In this document: positions 39,060 through 49,056 of the stretch, one piece after another | Numbering within the stretch: the stretch's first letter is position 1 | Layout: each line of letters begins with the position of its first letter | DNA from: Candidatus Obscuribacteraceae bacterium | GTDB lineage: Bacteria; Cyanobacteriota; Vampirovibrionia; Obscuribacterales; Obscuribacteraceae | Assembly (NCBI GenBank): GCA_044229845.1 | Contig: JBGASG010000004.1 | Span: forward strand, 416,001 to 480,000 | Length of the DNA: 64,000 nucleotides | Reading direction: 5' to 3' | Notes under the pieces: generated by a model | Told to the model about the DNA's origin: nothing | The model's database searches: none | The model's input: the letters and a program-made list of their open reading frames with translations, nothing else | Made by a program: the position numbers and the translations under genes

Positions 39060-39945
39060 GCTCTTTCCTTCCTGTTCGCCGTGCCTCGGTGCGAGCCACC
39101 TCCGAGTAGTTTGCGGTGCTCGACCCGCGCAGCAGAACCGACGGAACGAACGTGCGCGAGATGCGACTGCCGAGAGCCATCGACTGGAACGCCGCACTCA
39201 AAGCCGGGCTCCAGGGCAACCGATACATCCGGCGCACCCGCGACGGCAGAAGTCCCAGAACCGCAAAGTTGATAGCCGGCAGTGCGGGCAACTGATACAG
39301 CGGCACCGGCACCTGAAATGCCACATGCCGCCCCAACTCGCGCGCCTCGTCGGTGACGAAGAGTTCCGGACTGCCCAGCATCAGATGCATGTAGTGACGG
39401 AAGTCTTCGTATGTTGCCGGCATCGTATCCGGTGCCAGCCCGAACAGCTGCCCGACCTGCCGGTATTCCTGCCAGAACTGCTGCAACTGCGGGCGAGAGA
39501 GCGTCCCGACGAAGGCTTTGTAGGTCGCCAGCGAAGAGTCAGCCAGACAGGCGAGAATCCACAGAGCCAGGTGCGCGTCGTTGGCACTGAAATGACTGCC
39601 GGCTTTGAAAGGCCCGGCGTCGCGATCGATTGTGCCTTCTACCCTCGCATGCATACGACGCACCTTCGCAGTGACGCGATCAGCCTCGGCGCAAGTGCCG
39701 AAGTAGACCGTCTCCATGCTCTGAGCCGTGCGCGCCAGTCGGCGGAAAGGTGCGTCCAGTCCCGTTGTCGAGTCGATCAATCCGGTAAAAGCCAGCGGGT
39801 GGGTCGCCTGCATGAGCAGAGAGCGCTGACCATACAGCGCTCCCACAACCCGCTCTTCATGGACCTTACGCAAAATCGACGCGCCGACCGGGAAGTAGCC
39901 GCGGTCTGACGGACAGCGCTTGCCGCGCCGTTTTGGAGTGGACAC
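39034..39945 (-). CDS. DUF2236/MpaB oxygenase-like protein
   Basis: RSLLMQATHP, RLART, VRRMHARVEG, LLPSRVR. Confidence 0.85.
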   Translation of the reverse strand: MSTPKRRGKRCPSDRGYFPVGASILRKVHEERVVGALYGQRSLLMQATHPLAFTGLIDSTTGLDAPFRRLARTAQSMETVYFGTCAEADRVTAKVRRMHARVEGTIDRDAGPFKAGSHFSANDAHLALWILACLADSSLATYKAFVGTLSRPQLQQFWQEYRQVGQLFGLAPDTMPATYEDFRHYMHLMLGSPELFVTDEARELGRHVAFQVPVPLYQLPALPAINFAVLGLLPSRVRRMYRLPWSPALSAAFQSMALGSRISRTFVPSVLLRGSSTANYSEVARTEARRTGRKEHGALHRSR

Positions 39946-39970
39946 GGGTCCCTCCTTTCTGTTTCTCAAC

Positions 39971-40252
39971 TCAGAATCGAGCGATCAGTTCGCTGAAAGC
40001 GTCGTCGACGTACTGGCGCGTCAGCCGGGGCGGCGAATATCGCGTCGACTTCTTCGCGAGTCGATCCAGTTCGTCGGTCACCGCAGTCAGCTCGTTGCCC
40101 GTCGCATCGATCTGGCGACTGAGTGATCGTGCCCGCGCAGGCTCGCAGCCCATGCGGACGGCGAACTGCTCGAACTCGAGGTCGCCGAGGCTGTCTTGCA
40201 GCTCTTGCTGTCGCGAGCGCAGCTCAGCTGCACTTATTTGTGTGTTGGACAT
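39971..40252 (-). CDS. Small coiled-coil protein
   Basis: AAGGA RBS; heptad pattern. Confidence 0.55.
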   Translation of the reverse strand: MSNTQISAAELRSRQQELQDSLGDLEFEQFAVRMGCEPARARSLSRQIDATGNELTAVTDELDRLAKKSTRYSPPRLTRQYVDDAFSELIARF

Positions 40253-40289
40253 TGCCGTTTCCTTAAGTAGTCGTGCTGTAGATACTGAG

Positions 40290-40757
40290 CTAGACGCGGC
40301 GTGCCGAGCGAAGATTGCGCCACAGATAACCACTGGCAGTGGCAAGCATGGAAGCCGGTACGAACGCGCTGACAAACGTGACGATTAGCAAAAACATGAG
40401 GTTGATTCCGCTCACCTGCAGAAGCAGTGCGGACAACAGAGCGACGCCGGTCGCGAAGGATGCGACGCCAAAGCCGACGACGCTGGACCTGAGCCCGAAG
40501 TAGCCCCGCGTGCGGGTGATGCCGAGCGCTTCCGACAGTGGGCTTTCGGGTCTGAGCAGCGCGAAGATGAGAATCGCCGCAGCGGTGGTGAGCAAGCTCG
40601 ACCCAGCTATGCAAAGTCCGGTTGCCACCGCCAACACTGCGCCATCGCCGATTGCATTTTGTGCCCAGGCGTAGAACAAGACGGTGACGGCAGCGGCGAC
40701 GAGGTTACCGGCGACAATTCCGCCCAGGGCAGCCTTGCCGATGAGATTTGCGAACAT
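40290..40757 (-). CDS. Hypothetical 4-TM protein
   Basis: Hydrophobic ORF starting MFANLIGKAALGG. Confidence 0.55.
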   Translation of the reverse strand: MFANLIGKAALGGIVAGNLVAAAVTVLFYAWAQNAIGDGAVLAVATGLCIAGSSLLTTAAAILIFALLRPESPLSEALGITRTRGYFGLRSSVVGFGVASFATGVALLSALLLQVSGINLMFLLIVTFVSAFVPASMLATASGYLWRNLRSARRV

Positions 40758-41412
40758 TGATGTGCCTTTCAGGAGTCGCAACAGTCGGATCGACTCGCCG
40801 CTGAGCGAGAAGATTCGGTTTTGATAAGCCAATGATGTTCGGCTTTAGCTGTTTCTGTTGCGGGATTTAGAAGATAACAAGGGACTTGACCTTACGCCTG
40901 CATCCCGCCAATCAGCAATGTTTCCACAAGACTTTTTCTGCATGTCGCCGAAATCAAGCTTGCGCGCAATGCGCTAACTCGTAGTATTTATGCGGCTTTC
41001 ACTGGTTTTTCACAAGCTGGAAACAAAGCGCACCATCGGCAAGCTGCATACGATTGGATGTCCGAATGTTACGCGCATAGCGTGTTGGACGCAGGCAACA
41101 AAATACGCTTCTCGTTCGCCAACGCAAACCGAGCCGGTGTTCCGAAACCCCAACCCTGAGGCTGGTTCAGCTCAGGCAGCCTCGCGAGAAGCGAGATGTA
41201 AACAGAACGGTTAACCATAACCGCAACAAAATTTCTCTGAATAGAAGTCTCTAAAAGCCATAGGTTCAGGTCCTGCTTCTCTTGACCTATTCGACGTATC
41301 GGAATTCACCACAAACAACTGGTTCCCGTACCTAGTTTCAAAAACCAGTAGCGATGCTTCGAAGAAGTGTCTCCAGAGGCAGACCAACTTGAGCTGAAAA
41401 GGAAAAGCTTCA

Positions 41413-41889
41413 ATGACCGATACCCAAAATCTCTGCGACCGCTGGCAAGCTCTGCTCGCTCACGCGAACCGTGCCGAAGCGGTTTTGCAGCGCATCACGA
41501 ATGGACTGCCGGGACAGCTTCCCTCCGACCAGACGCGCCGCGCGCGCTGCTACGTCGCCGTCGAGCTGGTCCAGTCGGCCTTCCAGTCGATGAGCACGCT
41601 GCTGCAGCTCGAATCGCCTGAGGCGATTGCTGTCGTGCTCTCCAAAGACCCCGAGGAACGCCAGAAGGAGCTTGCGCGCAAGCTGCAGTACAACGGTTTC
41701 GTCCTGCAGTGCAAGTACGGCATGTCCGACACCGCCTGGCTTTTCGCCGCGCTCGACAAGATCGACGTCGCTCTCACCAGCGCCGAAACGTCTCTCGACC
41801 GTGCCGACAAGCTCGTCCATGAGAACAACGCCAAGGATGGCGAGGCATCCTTCGCGACGCTCCAGTCCTTCATCAAGCTCGGCGAGTGA
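41413..41889 (+). CDS. Hypothetical helical protein
   Basis: AAGGA RBS; clean coding-like codon pattern. Confidence 0.6.
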   Translation: MTDTQNLCDRWQALLAHANRAEAVLQRITNGLPGQLPSDQTRRARCYVAVELVQSAFQSMSTLLQLESPEAIAVVLSKDPEERQKELARKLQYNGFVLQCKYGMSDTAWLFAALDKIDVALTSAETSLDRADKLVHENNAKDGEASFATLQSFIKLGE

Positions 41890-42009
41890 GCTGACCGGGG
41901 GATGAAACTGCGCTAGTTTGCGCCCAAATAATCGACGCGCCGCTGCGGTGGCGCGTCACCGAAATTACACCACTGGCGATGGCAAGGGTTTTGTTTTTTT
42001 GTTTTATTT

Positions 42010-42026
42010 TACTATTCGCCTTAGTA
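42010..42026. other. Block-end palindrome copy (TACTA-N7-TAGTA, perfect)
   Basis: After a long T tract, in the convergent gap between 41889 and 42146. Confidence 0.6.
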
Positions 42027-42145
42027 TCTTGGAGCAATAAACAAAATGAGGAAGCCTCGCGGACGCCTCTCCTTCGGTGTCCATGCACGTGGACGGACGA
42101 GCCACGCACATGGACACCGACGAATCATAGGTCAGCGCGCCACGC

Positions 42146-42823
42146 TCAGCGCATTACCGCCACGACCTTGTACGCCAGCCCCCCACCATCAGGATGGTTG
42201 GCATAGCGCAAGTCACTCGTCACCTGAATGCCCAAGCCTTGCTTGCGCAAGTACTCGACTATCTGCTTCACCGGTCCCGAGTAGGTGACGCCGTAGTCAC
42301 CATCGTCTCGGCGATAGATCCCTGACGGCATCTGAACATGCCCCAACCGCGGGTGCTCACCATACTCGAACGCGCCGATCAAGACAGCCTGGTAGCCGTT
42401 GCTCCGCGCCTGCACCAACTCTCGTTCGATCCGCTGCACCTCGGCCGCCGCCACCGGTCCCAGACTTTTTGTCCCTTCCTGCCGGCTCAAGCGCTGCTGC
42501 AGCGTCTGCAACTCGGGGCCGATAGGAAGTTTGCCCTGCAACAGAGTCCTGGCGGACTCGACCACCTTGTCCTGAACCATGCCCTCGCCACGGGCGACGG
42601 AGAGCAGGGTGACCAGATCGTGCGGCAGTGCCTTGAGCGGTGACACCAGACCGTTGAGTCGCGCGTTCTCGCCGTTGAGTCGCGTGTTCTCGCTGGCCAG
42701 CCGTGATTTTTCCTGAGCCAGGCGAGCGTTACGCTGCGTCAACAGACTCACCGCCACGACAAGACCGATGGCGGCCGCGATCAAGAGACAGCCCCCCACT
42801 GCGACGACATACGCAAGTTCCAT
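42146..42823 (-). CDS. TM-anchored coiled-coil protein
   Basis: N-terminal TM; ENTRLNG-ENARLNG heptad duplication. Confidence 0.65.
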   Translation of the reverse strand: MELAYVVAVGGCLLIAAAIGLVVAVSLLTQRNARLAQEKSRLASENTRLNGENARLNGLVSPLKALPHDLVTLLSVARGEGMVQDKVVESARTLLQGKLPIGPELQTLQQRLSRQEGTKSLGPVAAAEVQRIERELVQARSNGYQAVLIGAFEYGEHPRLGHVQMPSGIYRRDDGDYGVTYSGPVKQIVEYLRKQGLGIQVTSDLRYANHPDGGGLAYKVVAVMR

Positions 42824-43211
42824 AGCGGCTCCCTTCTGCGACGATGCACGTCGCCGGCGCGTTCCAGATCAAGACACTCCATTCACGAGTTGCAACTCGT
42901 GGCGTGGCAAATCGCAGATGCGACTGCCTGCTAAAAGTCGGGAGCAAAGCGGCGCGCGGTGCTGCTGCGGTTGTGCAAGACCTCCAGAAAAAATTTGGTG
43001 CGGGTTGGGATATGGATATGTGTGCAACTTAAGACTTGCTGCCGGCTTACCGCAATGCAAGGCATCAGTCTTGTCACTAACTGCGCGTGGCGCACCTGAC
43101 TCAGTGGACCGCGCCTTCGCACCGCATCAGTCCGCTCCGCAAAGCGCAGCCCGTTGGCGGCAAAAGCAGAGCGGCGACGGTGCCACTCTGCTTTTGCCCC
43201 GGTTCCGCCGA

Positions 43212-43937
43212 TCAGCTGTTCAGATGACCGGCAGCGATACGCGCCTGCAAGGCATCAAAGCGCTGCTGCGTGCGTTCGGCAATGCGAGCAAACCTCAGCT
43301 CGGTGTCCGCATTGATGCTAGCAAACGCTACGTCGAGGCGCTCCAGCGCACGCGCTTCCACCTCGTCGCAAATCGCGTCGACCTGGCGGAACAACTCCTG
43401 CGTCGCCGGGTCCCTGTCCATCTCTTCGTCGGCCATGCGCAGCATGATCCGGCGACTGACATTTTCGGCGTTCGACTCAGCGAGGTTGAGCCGGTGCAGG
43501 CACTCGCCCAGGCTCTGCGCATCCAATTGCAGAAGCGACAGACGGACGACCAGATCGGTGACGTCACCGGCGATTTTCTGAGCCCAGCGATATCCGAGTA
43601 TCCCGGACAGCTTGCGCAAGTATTCAGGATCGCCCAGTCGGTGCCGCTCGAGCGGGATGTAGCAGCGCTGATGATCGGGTCCCACCGGCTTCAGCAACTG
43701 CCTGGCGATCTGCTGCCGGTAGCGCCGGTCGTGGTGTAACCGGTCGACATCAATCTCAGGCAGATTGCTTTTCCGTTCTACCGGAACCGCGACCGAGAGC
43801 AGCCCATGTCGGCGAATTCCCTCAGCAGTCTTCTTCCAGGTTGTGTCGTCCGCGCAGGTAGACACCAGAAGTTCCTCGAATGAAACAACCGCCCGCTCCA
43901 GAAGAGCATCATTGAAGGGGCTGATTACTCGGGGCAT
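43212..43937 (-). CDS. Hypothetical helical protein
   Basis: AAGGAG RBS before MPRVISPF. Confidence 0.6.
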   Translation of the reverse strand: MPRVISPFNDALLERAVVSFEELLVSTCADDTTWKKTAEGIRRHGLLSVAVPVERKSNLPEIDVDRLHHDRRYRQQIARQLLKPVGPDHQRCYIPLERHRLGDPEYLRKLSGILGYRWAQKIAGDVTDLVVRLSLLQLDAQSLGECLHRLNLAESNAENVSRRIMLRMADEEMDRDPATQELFRQVDAICDEVEARALERLDVAFASINADTELRFARIAERTQQRFDALQARIAAGHLNS

Positions 43938-43974
43938 TTCTTCTCCTTTTCGTAGTTTGGGGGATTGCCGCGCT

Positions 43975-44103
43975 TCAGCGGCGCTTGCGCCGATTGGCGA
44001 TGGCGACAATCGGATGCGAGATTTGATAGATGAAGTAGCCCATCACCAACGACAGTTTAATAGTGGCGAACGACACGATGGCGCCGTAAAGGAGAGCGTT
44101 CAT
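43975..44103 (-). CDS. 42-aa membrane peptide not in the ORF track
   Basis: Hand translation MNALLYGAIVSFATIKLSLVMGYFIYQISHPIVAIANRRKRR; AAGGA RBS. Confidence 0.5.
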   Translation of the reverse strand: MNALLYGAIVSFATIKLSLVMGYFIYQISHPIVAIANRRKRR

Positions 44104-44551
44104 GAGGATCCTTTCTTAAAGTCGGGTCGCCTGATGCAACACGACTGCATGAGTTTGATGGCACTTTAAAGTTGCTGTTCAGTTATGTCGTTCCAATAAC
44201 GAATGAAACTCTCCCTTCTGTCGGGGCGGCGCTTCAAGGGCAGCCGGAGCTGTCGGGAAGAAACCTTGAATTTGTGGCGCGGGAACGATTTAGTAGATTG
44301 GATGCCTGGTCGAGTTGATGCAAAAGATGATGTCTATGATTCTCCCGCGCAGGGCAAAACACAAGCCCTGTGATGCTCCGTGACTCACTTTCGCGGTGAC
44401 ATGAACAGCGCACTCGACAATCATGCTCTAGTGCGCCTAGCGCGATGCCACCGCAGACGGTGCTACCACTTGACGGACCACTTCTTGTCTGACAGACAAG
44501 AAGTGACGAGCGGCGCAGATTGTGAAAAACTCGGGTATACAATTTCGAGTC

Positions 44552-44568
44552 TACTATTGCTTTTAATA
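44552..44568. other. Block-end palindrome copy (TACTA-N7-TAATA)
   Basis: Downstream of the 3' end of the 44700-51222 minus-strand block. Confidence 0.5.
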
Positions 44569-44628
44569 TTTCAAATCAAAGAAGAAACAGCAAGAACCGA
44601 GACGCCTTCAAGAAGCGGCGACACAGCC

Positions 44629-44658
44629 GCGGAGGAACCATAGAAATGGTTCCTCCGC
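44629..44658 (-). terminator. Hairpin after the CYTH-like gene
   Basis: gcggaggaacca/tggttcctccgc stem. Confidence 0.5.
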
Positions 44659-44699
44659 CGGATGAATGGAAGCATTGCCGTCAGGCAATGCCCTTGCTG

Positions 44700-45464
44700 T
44701 CACGTTTCTTCCTGATGCCGCGACGATTGGTTCGCCTGGCGTCCGACTTTCTTGAGTCGTTTGCTGTACGACTTCTTCGCCCAGCGCAGTTTCTTCCTGC
44801 CGACCTTGTGCAGTTTCTTCTTCGTCACTTTGCCGTGAGACCAGGTCTGCATCAGCATCTTGCGGTAGCTGATCTTGGTGGGACGCTTCTCAGACAGAAG
44901 GCTCTCAGCCAGCTGTCCGATCACATGCAGTGCCTTGCGGACTGCCTTGCGCTTGCTGCCCACAGGCAGGATGGTTTCGATCTCGATGTAATAGCCGGAG
45001 TACTTGCCCAGCCCGACAGCATGATCGAGGGCGATGGTCATCCCCAGCCCCTGATAGACGCCGGTGAAGTGCCGGCGAGTCTTGCTGTAGAACGGGATAG
45101 GCGCACCCAGCCTGGCGATGGCTTTCATCATGTACCGGAGAGCGGCGGAGGGCTTGACGCATTCCTCCAGCTCTTTGCGCACGTGCTTGCCGTCCCGCCC
45201 TTTGATCGGGTGGTTCTTGAAGCAACGAATGCAGTGCACACCTTCGTGTCCATCAGCCGACTTCTTGATGCGCTCGATGCGCATGCGACGCGTGACCTCG
45301 CCCTTCGTAGGAACGACGAAGTCGGTAATCAGAGACTTCTTCTGGAACGCAAATCCGAGCAGCGGCAAAACCAGCCTGAGCAGCTTGTACTCAGCTCTGG
45401 TCAGCCGATACCCTTTCTCCGTTTCCAGATGTGCCCCTTTGAAGCAGCATTTGGTCTTCTTCAT
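44700..45464 (-). CDS. CYTH-domain (class IV adenylyl cyclase/TTM-like) protein with basic tail
   Basis: LETEKGY, KTR, IALDHAVGLG..YIEIE, ISYRKML. Confidence 0.7.
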   Translation of the reverse strand: MKKTKCCFKGAHLETEKGYRLTRAEYKLLRLVLPLLGFAFQKKSLITDFVVPTKGEVTRRMRIERIKKSADGHEGVHCIRCFKNHPIKGRDGKHVRKELEECVKPSAALRYMMKAIARLGAPIPFYSKTRRHFTGVYQGLGMTIALDHAVGLGKYSGYYIEIETILPVGSKRKAVRKALHVIGQLAESLLSEKRPTKISYRKMLMQTWSHGKVTKKKLHKVGRKKLRWAKKSYSKRLKKVGRQANQSSRHQEET

Positions 45465-45594
45465 CGGTGCCTCCTGTTCGGAGTTGGTGTTGAGTTAGAA
45501 CACGGGCGACCTGCGCACTGCTGCCGGTGGCACAAGGGCCACGGGCACACAGCACTGCAGATCGCATCCGCAACGAGGACGGGGGCACGCAGCC

Positions 45595-47058
45595 TCAGTC
45601 CTCGATCTCGATTTTGTTGGCGGCTGCCAGTGCCGCAAACCACTCGCCGCTCGCTTTCACGAGCCGCGGCAGTTTTGGGTCATCGAAGTCCACATGTACA
45701 AGTCCGAATCGGCGGGAATATCCTTCCGCCCACTCGAAATTGTCCATGAGTGACCAGGCGAAGTAGCCGCGCACGTCAACGCCGTCCTGCATGGCCAGAG
45801 CCACTTGCTTGATATGCTCGCGAAAGTAAGCGAGCCGTTTGACGTCGTTGACGGACTTGCGGCCGGCACCAGCACCATTGGCGGTGTCGACCACAACGTC
45901 GTCGTAGGCGGCGCCGTTCTCGCTGACGTACAGCGACGGCGCCTCCGGATACTCGCGCGAAATGCGGTTGAGCAGGCTGCGCAGCGCGCGCGGCGAGACT
46001 TCCCAACCCATAGCCGTGTAGTCCACACCCGGTATCGGATGTATCGGAGCCTCCTGCGCGGAGACCACGTTGCGCGAGTAATAGTTGATGCCCAGGAAAT
46101 CCATCGGCTGAGAGATCAGCTTCAGGTCACCGGGGCGCAGATCGGCGATGCGATCCGCCACTTCTTGCGAGTAGTGCCCGCGAAACAGCGGGTCCAGATA
46201 CGAGCCGCAATCCCAGCGCCAGGCTTTGCGAGCCAGTTCCACGTCTTCCTTGACGTCGGGGCGCAGAGGCTCCGTGATCGTCAGGTTGAGCACGATACCG
46301 GCTTCGATGTCGGCGCGAGCGGCAGCCCGCAAGGCTTGCATGCCCATACCGTGACTGACAAGCAGATGGTGCGCAACCTGCGCAGCCGTCCGCTCATCCT
46401 TCACACCGGGAGCATGGTAGCCAATCTGATAACCAAGAAACGACGTGCACCACGGTTCGTTGAACGTGGTCCACGACCTGACTCGGTCGCTGTACCGCTG
46501 CGCGCAGCGAGCGGCGTAGTCGGCGAAGTAGCGGCAGACATCGCGATGCGCCCAGCCACCCAGTTCCTGCTGCAAGGCTTGCGGCAGGTCCCAGTGGTAG
46601 AGCGTCACGAAGGGCTCGATACCGGCTTGCAGCAGGTTATCGATCAACCGATCGTAGTAGTCCAGTCCAGCGCTGTTGAAGGCGCCGCGTCCACGTGGTT
46701 GGACGCGCGGCCAGGCAATTGAAAAACGGTAGCTGTTCAGGTTCAGCCGCCGCGCCAGCTCCACGTCTTGAGCAAGACGATGGTAGTGGTCGCAGGCAAC
46801 ATCGCCGGTGTCACCATTTTTGATCATGCCTGGGGTGTGACTGAATCTGTCCCAGATCGATTCGCCCTTGCCGTCTAGGTTCCAGGCGCCTTCCACCTGA
46901 TAGGCGGAGGTGCCGGTGCCCCAGACGAAGTCGGCCGGGAAGGCAAACTTGCGCATGTCCGCGATGCACTGGCGATCGCCAAGGCACCACAGCCATCGCC
47001 AGATGTCTTTCCAGCTCATCTTCTCAGTAGGTTTCTTCTCTTGGTCTGCAGCCGTCAT
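45595..47058 (-). CDS. GH1 beta-glucosidase
   Basis: FVWGTGTSAYQVEG, TFNEP, VSENG, WSLMDNFEW; ATGA overlap with the ABC gene. Confidence 0.95.
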   Translation of the reverse strand: MTAADQEKKPTEKMSWKDIWRWLWCLGDRQCIADMRKFAFPADFVWGTGTSAYQVEGAWNLDGKGESIWDRFSHTPGMIKNGDTGDVACDHYHRLAQDVELARRLNLNSYRFSIAWPRVQPRGRGAFNSAGLDYYDRLIDNLLQAGIEPFVTLYHWDLPQALQQELGGWAHRDVCRYFADYAARCAQRYSDRVRSWTTFNEPWCTSFLGYQIGYHAPGVKDERTAAQVAHHLLVSHGMGMQALRAAARADIEAGIVLNLTITEPLRPDVKEDVELARKAWRWDCGSYLDPLFRGHYSQEVADRIADLRPGDLKLISQPMDFLGINYYSRNVVSAQEAPIHPIPGVDYTAMGWEVSPRALRSLLNRISREYPEAPSLYVSENGAAYDDVVVDTANGAGAGRKSVNDVKRLAYFREHIKQVALAMQDGVDVRGYFAWSLMDNFEWAEGYSRRFGLVHVDFDDPKLPRLVKASGEWFAALAAANKIEIED

Positions 47059-48830
47059 TTCCTGCGCTCCGTCGTGAAGGCCTTCAGGTGTTGCGCATTC
47101 GGTTCGCCACCGGTGCCTGTCGGCCGCGGTGTGTACTGGCTGGCCGGAACCAGCTTCCACTGCCCGTCACCGAGCAGCTCCAGCACATCGGTGTGGTACT
47201 TGACCGGGCGCGTACTGCCACCGGCAGTCAGCACCGTGGTGCCCACACCAGCCAGCACCGAGAAGAGAAGACGTTCGTTGTCTTCCTCGAGCTGCAGGCT
47301 GTCGAGCAGCACGTACCGCGGCTTGCGCCAGATGATACGAGCCAACCCGAGGCGTTGCAGTTCGCTGGAATTGACAAACTCCTTCCAGTTCTGCGGCGTG
47401 TCCAGCCCACCGGCTCGCGCCGAGAGGTCGGACAGTCCCACCAGTGCCAGCACCTGTTGCAGGCGTGCACTGTCGGGACAGGCTTTGCCGTCCACATCCT
47501 CATAGCAGAGCACCTGCCGCAAGGTCATGGTAGGCAGCACGAACAGCGTGGCGTTCAGGTACATCATCTGGTCGGGACTGGGGATAGTGACCTTGCCGCT
47601 ACCGGTAACCCAAACGCCGAGAATCGTGTTGATGACCGCCGACTTGCCGGTGCCTTCGGCGCCGGTAATGTAGATGCTGCGACCTGGCGGCACGACCAGA
47701 TTGAGATCGAAGATCACCGGCTTCACCATATCCGGTGTCATGATCGTCGCGTTATCGAAGGCAATCTGGTCGCCGTGGACGTACTCGATATGCTGTCCGG
47801 GCGGCAGTCTTTTGATCTCGCCCTCCTCGACGGCTTCACGGAAGCCTCCGAGACGGTTGATGATCGCCACATAGTTGGCGATACCGCCGAACTGCCCGAT
47901 CAGAATCGTCGCCCCACCAAAGACCCATCCGAAGGCGATGGTCGCCTGCGTGATCTGTCCCCACTCGACCGAGTGGCTGAAGTAGAGCGGCGCCATGAGC
48001 GCTGCCGGGATGAGCGGCACGAGCGCATTGTACGGGTTGGTGAAGAGCTGCAATTTGACGTTCAACCACATGATGGAAAGAAGCGTGTCGATTACATCCT
48101 TCAACTTGCGCTTGGACTGCGAAAGCATCAAAGATTCGGCTCGGTAGAGCGCGATCATGAGCGCCTCGCGGCGGGCTTCAGCGGCAGTGAAGCGCAAATC
48201 ACCCTCGGTTTGCATCTGCCGAAAGTTGAGCGCCGCCATGTTGTGACCGATCAACAGCACGGCAACACAACCGAGCACCGCATAGCCGTACACTGCACCG
48301 GTGAGAATCGGTGACAGGTGCCAGAGAACGATCGAGAAGATGATGACGTTGACGACCGAATCGAGGATGGCGAAGAAAAGACCGACCGACGTATTGGCGA
48401 ACGAGTCGGGGTCCTGGGTCATGCGCTGATCCGGATTGTCGATGCTGGGATTGCGGATCATCCAGAGATAGGTGCGGTTGGTGAAGTAACCGCGGAACAT
48501 ATCTGCAGACAACCACTGTCGCCAGATGAGCGCCAGACGAGTGCGTGTCGCCGCGTACGCTACCTCCAGAGGCGGAATGGCGAGCACAAGCAGCGCCACG
48601 TAAATCAACAGGTGGTGGTAGAAGATATCTTCATGCCGCTTCTCGAAGGCCGTCATGAATTGAGCGGCGACCTCCGATGTGTACTTGGCGAGATGAGCGC
48701 GTGCGTAAAGCAGCGCGAGAAGCGCGGCCAGGTGCCCGAGCCCGACCCATTTCTGGTCGGATACCCAGAACGGCTGACCGATCTTGTACAGCCTTTTCCA
48801 CGGAAGGCCGGTAAGAGAGTTTATTTTCAT
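47055..48830 (-). CDS. YddA/ABCD-type fused ABC transporter (permease plus degenerate ATPase)
   Basis: IDNPDQRM, six TMs, Walker A GAEGTGKS. Confidence 0.85.
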   Translation of the reverse strand: MKINSLTGLPWKRLYKIGQPFWVSDQKWVGLGHLAALLALLYARAHLAKYTSEVAAQFMTAFEKRHEDIFYHHLLIYVALLVLAIPPLEVAYAATRTRLALIWRQWLSADMFRGYFTNRTYLWMIRNPSIDNPDQRMTQDPDSFANTSVGLFFAILDSVVNVIIFSIVLWHLSPILTGAVYGYAVLGCVAVLLIGHNMAALNFRQMQTEGDLRFTAAEARREALMIALYRAESLMLSQSKRKLKDVIDTLLSIMWLNVKLQLFTNPYNALVPLIPAALMAPLYFSHSVEWGQITQATIAFGWVFGGATILIGQFGGIANYVAIINRLGGFREAVEEGEIKRLPPGQHIEYVHGDQIAFDNATIMTPDMVKPVIFDLNLVVPPGRSIYITGAEGTGKSAVINTILGVWVTGSGKVTIPSPDQMMYLNATLFVLPTMTLRQVLCYEDVDGKACPDSARLQQVLALVGLSDLSARAGGLDTPQNWKEFVNSSELQRLGLARIIWRKPRYVLLDSLQLEEDNERLLFSVLAGVGTTVLTAGGSTRPVKYHTDVLELLGDGQWKLVPASQYTPRPTGTGGEPNAQHLKAFTTERRK

Positions 48831-49056
48831 GACATGGCTCCGTTTGAGGGAGGACGGGAGTGCCCTCCCAGAGGGGTTTAGTCAGGAAATCCACTCAGAT
48901 GCGTGCCACCGCCGAAGATGCCTGAGCACCCCCGGTGGTGGCAAACGCCGAGTCCTGAGCCTCCATGCATTGGCAGGGGTGGAACCTGCCCGGAGCCCAA
49001 TCAGTCACCACGCAAGTCAGGCGACCGCAATGCCGCCTGCTGGGGCGACACCGCGA

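Noticed and set aside
27389..44103. Prophage
   Set aside because: Many small hypothetical genes, but no integrase, terminase, portal, capsid, tail or replication gene recognised.
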